A stretch of DNA of 64,000 bases from an uncultured virus (IMG/VR IMGVR_UViG_3300042691_036566) (IMGVR_UViG_3300042691_036566:62001-126000), one strand, 5' to 3'. Shown: positions 14,335 to 23,465, numbered from the stretch's first letter. The notes: generated from the letters alone by a model not told the origin. Made by a program: numbers and translations.

Positions 14335-16491
14335 ATGAATTTAGATTTATTAGTTGAGGGTGGTGCTGCTGGTCATATGAATCATCTTTATGATAACGGC
14401 GATCTAACCTTTACAAAGATGAAAGAAATTTTTACAGCTGCTGCTGCCGGTAAACTAGAAGGTACAGAAAAAACTGATGGTCAAAATCTTATGATCTCAT
14501 ATTCTGTAAAAGATGGTAGAGCAAAAGGCGTTAGAAACAAAACAGAAATTAAAAGTGGAGGTTTAACACCAGAACAACTTGCAGCTAAATTTGCTGATCG
14601 TGCAAATCCAGCCTTAAAAGAAACATTTAAAGATGCCTTAAAAGCTTTTGAAAGAGCTATTCAAGGAATTTCTTATGAAGAACAAATAGAATTATTTGGA
14701 GAAGATACTAGTATATACTACAATGCTGAGGTTATGGACCCAAGAACTCCAAATGTTATAAACTATGATACAAAAACATTAGTTATTCATAGGGCTGGTC
14801 ATGCTGAATTTAATAGAACTACCGGTGAACGCTTACAGGTTGACCTATCTGCAAAGGCTACCAAATTAGAATCTATTATTTCTACAGCACAAGAAAGATT
14901 AAAAAATGAAGATTATGGTGTTCAAGTAAATGCTGTTAGAAGGTTATCTGCATTGTCAAATAATGCACCTCTTAATACAGCTATAAGCAGATTAAATTCT
15001 GTTATATCTTCTGTAAATTATTTGATCGGAAACAAAGAATTATTTTTAAGTGATGAGTCTACTATATCAGAATTTATGATGGCTAGAATTTATATATTAA
15101 TAAGTTCTATTTTAGATCGTGCTTCTGCTGAGATTGGTCAAGTAGATCCTTATGCCAAGATGAACATCGCTAAAAGAATATTAGGAGTTAGCGGAATAAA
15201 AATTACTGATATAGTTAAAAAGCTAACACCAGAACAAAAAAATTATGCTAAAGAAAATTTACTAAATGCAACTAGCATGTCTAATATGTTAAAAGCAGCT
15301 ATAACACCAATTGAAATGATTGTTTCAGATTTTGCTACCGAGATGTTACGCGGCCTTGAAAGTGCATTTATTTTAGATAATTCTAGAGAAGTTAAAAGAT
15401 TGAGAGGTGAAGTACATTCTGCAATTACAGCCATTCAAGGCTCAGGCAATGAAGAGGCTATGGGCATACTATCACACCAATTAAAAAAGTTAAAGTCAGC
15501 AGATAATGTTACTGCAACGGCGGAAGGTTTTGTTTTTGATTACGACGGTGTTACCTATAAATTTACAGGTAACTTTGCGCCCGTAAATCAAATTTTAGGT
15601 CTCTTCAAATACGGTCGCGGCAAAGTTCCACCAATTAAAAAAGATTCGTTACAAGAAAAGAAAGATAAAAATATAAATGAAATAGCACTTAAATTGGCAG
15701 ATGTTGCAGTCATACCTGGGGCTTTTAAACCTCCACATAAAGGTCATATTGATATGATTGCTTCATATGCAAATATGGCAAAACGTGTTGTCGTACTAGT
15801 ATCTCCACTTCCACGTATGTTGCCAGATAATCGTCCTGTATCATTTGAAACATCTAAAAAAATATTTGACATTTTTCTAAGTGAGGCTGGAATAGCAGAT
15901 ATGGTTGAGGTATTAGAGTCTCCTATTAATTCACCAGTTGGTGCAAGTTTTGCATTTGTTGGTAATGAAGAAGACAAACCAGAATATGCACAAAAAGGAG
16001 AAACGGTTATTTTAGGAACTAGTACAAAAGGCGGAGACGATTCACGTTTTAAAGCAAATGCTCAAAAATACGCTAGAGAAGGTGTAAAAGTTGAAGTTGT
16101 TCCTGTAAAACCTTTTGAAAATTTATCTGCTACTGATATGCGTAAAGCAATATCGGAAAAAGATATAAAGAGTTTAATGAATTTTATACCAGATGATTTT
16201 GGAAAAGAAAAAAAGAAAATTGCAGAAAAAATACTTTCTATGTTTTCTTCTGATGGAATTACAGAATCATTGATTTATGATATAATTTCCGAAACAATAA
16301 AAAAAATAGGCGATAAGTATTGCTTAATTTCCAAGAAAAATAAAAAAAATTTAGGATGTTATGATTCTAAAGTTGGAGCATCAAAAAGAGAAAAGCAAGT
16401 AAATTATTTTAAACACCTCAACAAAGAACAGATGTCTGCTGGTGCTGTTGCTGGCTTTCCTGCTAAAATAAACAACGATAAAGAGGAATAA
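14335..16491 (+). CDS. fusion: ligase-like covalent nucleotidyltransferase + HIGH-family (cytidyl/adenylyl)transferase
   Basis: EKTDG, EGFVF, YKFTG; PGAFKPPHKGH and LSATDMRKAI. Confidence 0.7.
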   Translation: MNLDLLVEGGAAGHMNHLYDNGDLTFTKMKEIFTAAAAGKLEGTEKTDGQNLMISYSVKDGRAKGVRNKTEIKSGGLTPEQLAAKFADRANPALKETFKDALKAFERAIQGISYEEQIELFGEDTSIYYNAEVMDPRTPNVINYDTKTLVIHRAGHAEFNRTTGERLQVDLSAKATKLESIISTAQERLKNEDYGVQVNAVRRLSALSNNAPLNTAISRLNSVISSVNYLIGNKELFLSDESTISEFMMARIYILISSILDRASAEIGQVDPYAKMNIAKRILGVSGIKITDIVKKLTPEQKNYAKENLLNATSMSNMLKAAITPIEMIVSDFATEMLRGLESAFILDNSREVKRLRGEVHSAITAIQGSGNEEAMGILSHQLKKLKSADNVTATAEGFVFDYDGVTYKFTGNFAPVNQILGLFKYGRGKVPPIKKDSLQEKKDKNINEIALKLADVAVIPGAFKPPHKGHIDMIASYANMAKRVVVLVSPLPRMLPDNRPVSFETSKKIFDIFLSEAGIADMVEVLESPINSPVGASFAFVGNEEDKPEYAQKGETVILGTSTKGGDDSRFKANAQKYAREGVKVEVVPVKPFENLSATDMRKAISEKDIKSLMNFIPDDFGKEKKKIAEKILSMFSSDGITESLIYDIISETIKKIGDKYCLISKKNKKNLGCYDSKVGASKREKQVNYFKHLNKEQMSAGAVAGFPAKINNDKEE

Positions 16492-16494
16492 AAT

Positions 16495-17301
16495 ATGAAT
16501 TCTGTAGATAAAATTAGAGAAGCCGTAAGAGAGATCGCGCGAAAAATTAAAGGCGAACAAAAAACAAAATTAAAAGAAGAAATGAGGTTAAGAAGATATA
16601 TTAGAAAAATTCTACGTGAAGTAGAAGAAGTTTCACCTCATGAATCAACAGGTGTCAACGTATTAGAAGATTTGTTAAAAACAATTGTTCCTATCTTAGA
16701 AGCAAGTTATAAACGTTTAACTACAGATGTTAACCAAAGAAAATCTTTTAGATCACATATCCTTAGAGCTGTACAAAATTTACTTTCTACAGAATCTATA
16801 TATTTTAAACACGATAAAGCTAGAGGTGCCACTCCACAACAACAAGTAGCGATCACAGAAGCGGAAGAGAAAGCACCAGTTGAAGATGATCCAGCCTTTA
16901 TTGATATTGAAAAAGAGAAAAAAGCTAAAGAAAAACAAGCATCAGAACCAAAACCAGAAGATGCTTTTATGCCTATAGCAGGAGAGGATCCAACCGGTAG
17001 AGGTTTTGCTTTACGTGCATTTCAAAAGATTCAAAAACAAATTTTAGATTCTTATTCCTTACTTGGAAAAGATGAGGATAGGGAAGTTTTTTATGATTAT
17101 CTAATAACAAACTTAAAATTATATTTTGATAAGTTTGAAGACGAATTACAAAAAAATCTAGAAGAGCCAACAACTCCTGAGTATGAAGAAGAGAAACAGA
17201 AAAAAGCTTCAATGTTAGGAGGCGGTCCTGCCGAAGCTCCAGCAGAAATGCCAGAAGAAGAACCAGGGGCTGAACTAGGTGGGGAAGAAGAGGCGACATA
17301 G
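16495..17301 (+). CDS. hypothetical protein, acidic tail
   Basis: LRRYIRKILRE leader; E/P-rich C-terminus. Confidence 0.75.
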   Translation: MNSVDKIREAVREIARKIKGEQKTKLKEEMRLRRYIRKILREVEEVSPHESTGVNVLEDLLKTIVPILEASYKRLTTDVNQRKSFRSHILRAVQNLLSTESIYFKHDKARGATPQQQVAITEAEEKAPVEDDPAFIDIEKEKKAKEKQASEPKPEDAFMPIAGEDPTGRGFALRAFQKIQKQILDSYSLLGKDEDREVFYDYLITNLKLYFDKFEDELQKNLEEPTTPEYEEEKQKKASMLGGGPAEAPAEMPEEEPGAELGGEEEAT

Positions 17302-17347
17302 ATACATTTGTACTCTACTAAAATTTTGAAGTTAAGGAGAAATAATT

Positions 17348-17539
17348 ATGGGAAATCCACATAAAAGAAAAAAAGCTAGAAAAGTGCAGGCATATAGATC
17401 TGCAATGGAAAAAGAAACTGTTAAAGAGTCAGAGATTATTTTAGAAGAAGATAAAAATGAAGAAGTTGTTGTAATACCAGATGTTGAAAATAATGTAGAG
17501 GTTAAACCTAAAAAGAAAAAACAAACAGTAGCGGAATAA
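17348..17539 (+). CDS. small charged protein
   Basis: AAGGAG RBS. Confidence 0.65.
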   Translation: MGNPHKRKKARKVQAYRSAMEKETVKESEIILEEDKNEEVVVIPDVENNVEVKPKKKKQTVAE

Positions 17540-17543
17540 AATA

Positions 17544-18152
17544 ATGCTTAAAATTTCTAGTTCAAAATTAAAAAAAATCATACTAGAAGAAATGTCTAAA
17601 TTAGGTATAAAAAATGAACCTAAAGACATTAAATCTTCTTTTTCTTCTATAAAAGATTTAGAGGATAGTTTGGTAGATATGTTACAGAACAGCTACCAAT
17701 TTATGGGCGGCTGGAAAGGTTTAGAAACACCCGAAGCACTAAAGAAAAGATTTACAAATTTCTATCTAATAGATGTAGATGAAGATCCTGAACCAGATGC
17801 AGGAATTTATTATACAGATTGGGGTGGTTCAAAAAAAGCTTCTGCAATTGTTTCCGATGAATCACAAGATGGTAAAGCAGCTGTTAGAAAGCTGATGAAA
17901 GATTTCTTCGGAAATCCAGGAAGTTGGATAGAAGTTTCTGGTGCTCCAGCTAATATAGCAATAAAAAAATTAGGGTTAGAGTATGTCTCTTCTGAAAAAG
18001 AAATAAGAGCTTTATTAAAAAATCTACCCCAAGACGATATTGAATTTAGAGGAAAACACCCAGATCCTTCTGTAGATTATGGAGATGGATGGTATACTAG
18101 AACTATTGGAGATAAAAGAGTAACTAAAATTATAGTAGGAAGCCCTCCATAA
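17544..18152 (+). CDS. hypothetical phage protein with LKKIILEE leader
   Basis: MLKISSSKLKKIILEE...WYTRTIGDKRVTKIIVG. Confidence 0.75.
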   Translation: MLKISSSKLKKIILEEMSKLGIKNEPKDIKSSFSSIKDLEDSLVDMLQNSYQFMGGWKGLETPEALKKRFTNFYLIDVDEDPEPDAGIYYTDWGGSKKASAIVSDESQDGKAAVRKLMKDFFGNPGSWIEVSGAPANIAIKKLGLEYVSSEKEIRALLKNLPQDDIEFRGKHPDPSVDYGDGWYTRTIGDKRVTKIIVGSPP

Positions 18153-18161
18153 TTTTCTTTC

Positions 18162-18190
18162 TTTACTGTACTTTTTTTCTATAGTATACT
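18162..18190 (+). promoter_or_regulatory. sigma70-type promoter
   Basis: TTTACT-17-TATACT. Confidence 0.6.
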
Positions 18191-18196
18191 GTTTTT

Positions 18197-18481
18197 ATGA
18201 ACAAAACATATATACAAATAGCGGAAGAAGTAGGAAAATTAGTACAAGAAAAAAATGCTGCATATGGTAGCTCGTTTGCAGAGAGTTATAAAATTTTGAG
18301 CGTCCTGTACCCTAATGGTATTAAACCTGAACAGTACACGGACGCTCTTGCTATTATTCGAGTAATTGATAAATTATTTCGTATAGCTACAAATAAAGAT
18401 GCGTTTGGTGAATCACCTTGGCGTGATATTGCTGGATATGCGCTTTTAGGAATTGCAAATGGCGAAAAAAGCCGCTCCTAG
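18197..18481 (+). CDS. nucleotide-modification-associated (DUF1599/Nmad1-like) all-alpha protein
   Basis: KNAAYGSSF..RVIDKLFRI..DIAGYALL. Confidence 0.65.
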   Translation: MNKTYIQIAEEVGKLVQEKNAAYGSSFAESYKILSVLYPNGIKPEQYTDALAIIRVIDKLFRIATNKDAFGESPWRDIAGYALLGIANGEKSRS

Positions 18482-18857
18482 AGATAAGTTTTCTATAGTT
18501 AAAAAACTTAGAGAAGAAAATAAAAGTAATGATATATTTGAAATAATGTTATCAAACTTAACATTTGAAGAAATAATTGCTCTTAAATTAGAGTTAGTAA
18601 GTAAATCTGTAGGAAGTAATTTATACGGCTTACCATTATGGAGATCATTAAGTTTTATTGTAAAAGACGCAATGCTAAGATATGCATTAGCATCAACTCA
18701 ATCTAAAACAAAAGCAATTCAATTTTTAGGACTAGATAGTAAAACATTTTATCGTTATCTAACTAATTATGGTTTAAGGGACTATTTTAATGATCCCAAA
18801 GGAAACGATAATAATGAGTCTAATAACAGAGGATCAACTAAAAAAGATTTATCCTAA
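18459..18857 (+). CDS. Fis-type HTH protein
   Basis: YALASTQSKTKAIQFLGLDSKTFYRYL. Confidence 0.65.
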   Translation: MAKKAAPRDKFSIVKKLREENKSNDIFEIMLSNLTFEEIIALKLELVSKSVGSNLYGLPLWRSLSFIVKDAMLRYALASTQSKTKAIQFLGLDSKTFYRYLTNYGLRDYFNDPKGNDNNESNNRGSTKKDLS

Positions 18858-19392
18858 TTGCAAACCTGATAAAATAAAATATTATACTGAAGCCTTTAAT
18901 AAAGTATGGCCTACATTTAATATCAATACACCAAAACGTATTGCAGCTTTTTTAGGACAAGTAGCAGTAGAGTCTGGAGAGTTAAAATATGATAAAGAAC
19001 TTCCTTCTAAATGGAATAAAAAAGATCCAAAAAACCCAAATGAACCTACTGGAACTTTGTACGAGGGTCGCAAAAACTTGGGAAATACAACACCTGGAGA
19101 TGGCCCAAAGTTTATTGGGCGCGGCGTTCTTCAATTAACAGGTAGAGCAAATTACGATTCGTATGGTAAAAAACTAGGAATTGATTTAATCGGAAATCCA
19201 GAACTAGCAGCAACACCAGAAGTTTCTGTAAAAATAGCTTGTCAATATTTTAAAGATCGTTCGCTACTAAAATTTGCTGATGATTGGAATCTTGACGAAG
19301 TTACTAAAAGAGTAAATGGAACAGCTAAATTGCATCACGATCAAAGAGTAATTTATTCAGAAAGGGCATTAAAAGTTCTATCAGCTGGTTAG
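18814..19392 (+). CDS. GH19 (chitinase-like) endolysin
   Basis: RIAAFLGQVAVESG, GRGVLQLTGRANY, VTKRVNG. Confidence 0.9.
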   Translation: MSLITEDQLKKIYPNCKPDKIKYYTEAFNKVWPTFNINTPKRIAAFLGQVAVESGELKYDKELPSKWNKKDPKNPNEPTGTLYEGRKNLGNTTPGDGPKFIGRGVLQLTGRANYDSYGKKLGIDLIGNPELAATPEVSVKIACQYFKDRSLLKFADDWNLDEVTKRVNGTAKLHHDQRVIYSERALKVLSAG

Positions 19393-19405
19393 TTGGAGAA
19401 CGATC

Positions 19406-19624
19406 ATGGATGATGGTATAAGTAATAAAAAAATTAGTATAAATTTAGTTATATTTTTATCTTATTTTTTGCTAATGATGTTAATAATTGGTGTTATTAA
19501 ATGTGATTCTAATAAAATTGAAAAACATTTAGATGAATGTAGAGAAATTTGTAAACCTAAAGATATTATAGAGACATTCTCTAAAAAGAAATGTCTCTGC
19601 AAAGAACCTATAGAAATAGAATAA
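19406..19624 (+). CDS. small TM protein with Cys-rich C-terminus
   Basis: hydrophobic segment; CREIC...CLC. Confidence 0.65.
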   Translation: MDDGISNKKISINLVIFLSYFLLMMLIIGVIKCDSNKIEKHLDECREICKPKDIIETFSKKKCLCKEPIEIE

Positions 19625-19632
19625 AAAAGTTC

Positions 19633-19661
19633 TTGACGCTGCTATTTTAGCGCGCTATAAT
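19633..19661 (+). promoter_or_regulatory. sigma70 promoter of tmRNA
   Basis: TTGACG-17-TATAAT. Confidence 0.85.
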
Positions 19662-19674
19662 AGGTGCGTAATTT

Positions 19675-19963
19675 GGGGATGACTTGGTTTCGACAAAGGT
19701 AACTAAAAACAAAATGCAGGAAGTCTGCGAACAGCTACAGACTTTAATAAACGGTTCAACAACACAAAAGCCAACGATGACGTTGACTCTGAATTCTACG
19801 CCCTAGCTGCGTAATTCTTGGGCTGGCAACTTGCCTCGAAACAGAAAAGTTGCAATTTTGTTTTAAACTGTAATAAATTGTAATATCTTGTAAGATAATC
19901 CTGTGTATCATTTTGTAGAATACGTATTTTTGGACCGGGGTTCGACTCCCCGCATCTCCACCA
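19675..19963 (+). ncRNA. ssrA: tmRNA; tag ANDDVDSEFYALAA (19770-19814)
   Basis: 5' GGGGATG...TTCGAC; 3' GGGGTTCGACTCCCCGCATCTCCACCA; G3.U70 pair; tag ORF ends LAA*. Confidence 0.95.
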
Positions 19964-20012
19964 AATTTTATACTATCCCGTCAGAGTTTATATTTTACAG
20001 GATTTTTTCCTG

Positions 20013-20041
20013 TTGACGGGAGTTTTTTGCCGTGGTATTAT
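20013..20041 (+). promoter_or_regulatory. sigma70 promoter overlapping a TCCCGTCA/TGACGGGA hairpin
   Basis: TTGACG-17-TATTAT. Confidence 0.7.
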
Positions 20042-20076
20042 ACTCAAACAATGGCCGCTGTGCCGAGGAGACAATC

Positions 20077-20340
20077 GTGACTGTTACTAAGGATGAAGTG
20101 AAGAATGGTGATTCATGGACGAATGTACGTTATTTTTCAAGCTTTGAGGAAGCTGATGCAATGCGTAAGTCACTACGGTCACAAGACCGTGCTGGTATGA
20201 TGCAATTTAAAGTAAAACGTTGCGGTGAGGGTGGAACCCTGTTTGTTGTTAAGTCTCGTATTGATCAAAATGCTAAAGCTGAGTTAGAAGCTCTAGAAGA
20301 AAAAATGTTTAGCAAGAAAAACAAGAAGAACAACAAATAA
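20077..20340 (+). CDS. hypothetical protein
   Basis: GAGGAG RBS before GTG 20077. Confidence 0.7.
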   Translation: MTVTKDEVKNGDSWTNVRYFSSFEEADAMRKSLRSQDRAGMMQFKVKRCGEGGTLFVVKSRIDQNAKAELEALEEKMFSKKNKKNNK

Positions 20341-20352
20341 TAGGGATAAAAA

Positions 20353-20946
20353 ATGAAATATATTCTTAATGCAAATCCAAAATTAGATGAAGACTCAGTT
20401 GATGAGTCTAGCGATGTAGAAGATAACGATAATAATATTTATTTCTATGCTGGAGTTTCGAAGAAGTCAATTTTTGAACTAAATAAAAAAATCGCTTCAA
20501 CGTCAAAAGCTCTAGTCCTTACTGGAATTGAGCTAGATATTCCAACACCAGAAATCAAACTACACATTAATAGCGGTGGTGGAAGTTTGCTAGACTGTTT
20601 TTCTGCAATTGACTACATTAGAAACAGTAAAGCCCCAGTGCATTCTATTATTGAGGGTCATGCAGCTTCTGCTGCAACGCTTATGAGTGTTGTTGCAAAA
20701 AAGCGTTCAATTACAAAACATTCTGTTATGCTTATTCATCAACTATCTGCCGGTATGTGGGGTAAATTTGAGAGTATGAAAGACGAAATTGAAAATGCAA
20801 CAATGTTCATGAATACAATCAATGAAATTTATACAAAATATACAAAAATACCAAAAAGTGTCTTAAAAGAAATTTTAAAACGTGATATATATATGGATGC
20901 AAAAACTTGTCTCAAGTATGGTCTTGTAGATAAGATTATGGAATAA
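20353..20946 (+). CDS. clpP: ClpP-family protease
   Basis: HINSGGG, AASAA (Ser), MLIHQ (His), RDIYM (Asp), YGLVD. Confidence 0.9.
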   Translation: MKYILNANPKLDEDSVDESSDVEDNDNNIYFYAGVSKKSIFELNKKIASTSKALVLTGIELDIPTPEIKLHINSGGGSLLDCFSAIDYIRNSKAPVHSIIEGHAASAATLMSVVAKKRSITKHSVMLIHQLSAGMWGKFESMKDEIENATMFMNTINEIYTKYTKIPKSVLKEILKRDIYMDAKTCLKYGLVDKIME

Positions 20947-20948
20947 AC

Positions 20949-21161
20949 ATGAAAAAAATTGTCTTTTTATCTTCACTATTACTAGTTAGTTGCCTAAAAG
21001 AAGAGCAAAATACCTTAAGTGTGAAGGAGTGTGATCCATATTCCGTTCAATGTCTGGAAAGAATAAGCAAAAATGTCTGCCCAGACCCAGAAACAAGAGA
21101 GTTTGACTTCCTCGCAGAGGAAGTAATGGAAACAATTAACTATAACAAAGGATGCAAATAA
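20949..21161 (+). CDS. putative lipoprotein
   Basis: MKKIVFLSSLLLVSC. Confidence 0.7.
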   Translation: MKKIVFLSSLLLVSCLKEEQNTLSVKECDPYSVQCLERISKNVCPDPETREFDFLAEEVMETINYNKGCK

Positions 21162-21163
21162 AT

Positions 21164-21343
21164 ATGAAAAAAGTAATTGTAGTAGGAATTTTAGCAATGA
21201 TTGCTGGTTGTGTAGTAGCTTGTGTAAACGATCCAACAACTTCTACTGATGTTGGTGTGGATACGTCTTCAGAAACTGTTGTAGATACCGATGTAGTTAC
21301 GGATACTACAACTAACACAGAAACAGCTACTGCTGTAGAATAA
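21164..21343 (+). CDS. putative Thr-rich lipoprotein
   Basis: MKKVIVVGILAMIAGCVVAC + T/D/V-rich tail. Confidence 0.7.
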   Translation: MKKVIVVGILAMIAGCVVACVNDPTTSTDVGVDTSSETVVDTDVVTDTTTNTETATAVE

Positions 21344-21344
21344 T

Positions 21345-21419
21345 GCGGGTGTAGTTCAGTGGTAGAACTCTAGTCTTCCAAACTAGATGTCGTCGGTTCA
21401 AATCCGTCCACCCGCTCCA
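21345..21419 (+). tRNA. tRNA-Gly (UCC)
   Basis: GCGGGTG/CACCCGC acceptor, CTAGT-CTTCCAA-ACTAG, TTCAAAT loop, CCA. Confidence 0.95.
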
Positions 21420-21588
21420 ATTAGGTTTAATCTACCTTCTATGTTTTCTTTCTGGGCGATCAATCCATAGAAAAAAGATTCGGTGATTCGGCCACCGTAA
21501 ACTTGTCTTGATCGACACAAGTTTCCAGCTTCTTGATAAAAAGCTGGTTCTTGTTTTGGTGACTATTTATTGCAAGGAGATAGTGGTC

Positions 21589-21831
21589 ATGACAAAAAAG
21601 AAAAAAGAACCAACATCTAAATTAGATACACAAATAGTTCTAGCTAAGAGAAAAATAAAATTTTATTTAGGTGTTGCATTAGTTACGTTAGGTGTAATAA
21701 TTGGTGTTGTAGTATATGGTAAAAAACAACCAGATTATGTAAAGAAAAATGTAGTAAATCAATATGTTTGTAAAATAGTTGGATCAGTTCCAGATGAAGA
21801 TATACTTGCGTTGGAGTGTTTAACGAAGTAA
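21589..21831 (+). CDS. single-TM protein
   Basis: AAGGAG RBS; FYLGVALVTLGVIIGVVVY. Confidence 0.7.
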   Translation: MTKKKKEPTSKLDTQIVLAKRKIKFYLGVALVTLGVIIGVVVYGKKQPDYVKKNVVNQYVCKIVGSVPDEDILALECLTK

Positions 21832-21974
21832 TGTTAGCGACAAAGTGTTTTATATATTTATGTATTACATACTGCCAAGATTTAGTAGCTAATATGGATG
21901 GTGGCTATAAATACACAGAGCCTTATATACAATATATTGATAAGCAATGTTTGGAGAATCAAAATAAAAAATAA
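21831..21974 (+). CDS. 47-aa hypothetical protein (not in track)
   Basis: TAATG coupling; MLATKCFIYLCITYC... Confidence 0.45.
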   Translation: MLATKCFIYLCITYCQDLVANMDGGYKYTEPYIQYIDKQCLENQNKK

Positions 21975-21977
21975 ATT

Positions 21978-22051
21978 GGGCTGGTAAGCTAATGGTAAAC
22001 TGCCGCCTTTGCACGGCGGTCTTGTGGGTTCGATTCCCACTCGGTCCACCA
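21978..22051 (+). tRNA. tRNA-Ala (UGC)
   Basis: GGGCTGG/TCGGTCC with G3.U70, CCGCC-TTTGCAC-GGCGG, TTCGATT, ACCA. Confidence 0.92.
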
Positions 22052-22056
22052 ATTTT

Positions 22057-22085
22057 AACCCATCTCTTATGAGGTGGGTTTTTTT
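22057..22085 (+). terminator. rho-independent terminator
   Basis: AACCCATCTC-TTAT-GAGGTGGGTT + T run. Confidence 0.8.
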
Positions 22086-22098
22086 ATAGGAGAAAAAA

Positions 22099-23457
22099 AT
22101 GAAAAGATCAACAATTATATTTCTAGGATTTCTAGTTCTGTTAGTAACTTCTGTAAGTATTTTTATTTATGGTGCTAAAAAGCCATCTACAATTAGTCCT
22201 GTAGACTTTGCAGAAGTACAATCACAATCATTTAATTTCCCAGAGAGTGAAGAAACGATTTATGAGTGGGTCACTAAAAATGATAGTGCATCAGTAACAA
22301 AACATGCATGGGGTATTTGGGCGGGTTTGACAGAAAAAACAGGTCAAACCTATAAAGGAAGAAATTTACGAGTCTATGAAACGTGGCACGGTGTTGGACA
22401 ATTAGCAGACGCTGCAGCCTTTGGTAACAGAGACTACGGTTGTAATTTAAATTCACACACAGCAACAAAATTAAAAGTCCCTAAGCAACTAGCTCATGCA
22501 GGAGTGTTAAATTCAACAATTACAAATGATTATGCAATTTTAGAAACTGTTGCTTATAGTCCTGATGCTGCCTGCTTTGCTACAGCTAATTTATTATTTA
22601 ATAAATCAGTATTGGATAGACTGTTAGTAGAAGGTGATATTGGAAAAATTCCTGATTTTCCTGTTAGATCAATTACAACAAAACCTACCTATTACGTAGC
22701 AAAAGCTACAAATGGCTTAGTAAGAGTCCCAGCGTGGACAACAACACCAGTTCCTCCAAAGGTATTTGGTCACCATGATTGGAAAAATTATATTTATGTA
22801 GATGTTGACAACAAACAAGATCCTAACAAAAAATTAGTACCAGTTACATCAGAAAATCCAAGCCAAGAAGAAATTGCAGCTGCCACTTGCAATATGACTG
22901 ATTTTATCAGCTTTAGAATCGATAAAGAAACTGCTGAATATTTAAACACACTTCAAGACAGAGGTAACGATCCGGCACATCAATTCCAAGAAGGGAGCGT
23001 AGCATTACTTGTTGCAATGCATGTAACGAGTAAAGAAATTAAAAATTGGACTTGGCAAACATATTTTTGGGTTTCGGATCCAAAAAATCCTGGGCATCCA
23101 AGTGCAACCAATTATGCTGATTTAATGCCTGATTCGGTAAAAGAAGAAGCCAGACACTATGCTGTATCCCCTTGCTATGCAATGACAACTTCAAAAGACG
23201 AGCCTATGATTTGTTATAATCCATATCTTGAAGCTGGTTTTGGACCACAAGTGTTTAAGATGGCAAATAAAACAAACCCAGACTTCCAGTACGGAGTACA
23301 GACAAATTGTATGTCGTGCCATGCACTAGCTACTTCTTCTGGTAAACTAGGATATACAACAGATCAAAACATTAATATGTTTGATCCGATGTTTGCAAAT
23401 GATGTGCAATTAGATTTTGCTTGGTCTATTCAAGGAAATCTAAATACAGATAAATAG
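22099..23457 (+). CDS. membrane-anchored protein with C-terminal CxxCH heme-c motif
   Basis: N-terminal TM/signal; TNCMSCHA. Confidence 0.65.
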   Translation: MKRSTIIFLGFLVLLVTSVSIFIYGAKKPSTISPVDFAEVQSQSFNFPESEETIYEWVTKNDSASVTKHAWGIWAGLTEKTGQTYKGRNLRVYETWHGVGQLADAAAFGNRDYGCNLNSHTATKLKVPKQLAHAGVLNSTITNDYAILETVAYSPDAACFATANLLFNKSVLDRLLVEGDIGKIPDFPVRSITTKPTYYVAKATNGLVRVPAWTTTPVPPKVFGHHDWKNYIYVDVDNKQDPNKKLVPVTSENPSQEEIAAATCNMTDFISFRIDKETAEYLNTLQDRGNDPAHQFQEGSVALLVAMHVTSKEIKNWTWQTYFWVSDPKNPGHPSATNYADLMPDSVKEEARHYAVSPCYAMTTSKDEPMICYNPYLEAGFGPQVFKMANKTNPDFQYGVQTNCMSCHALATSSGKLGYTTDQNINMFDPMFANDVQLDFAWSIQGNLNTDK

Positions 23458-23465
23458 GAAAAAAA

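Noticed and set aside
19406..21343. Holin/spanin assignment for the TM and lipoprotein genes near the endolysin
   Set aside because: No nested or adjacent i/o-spanin arrangement and no diagnostic features
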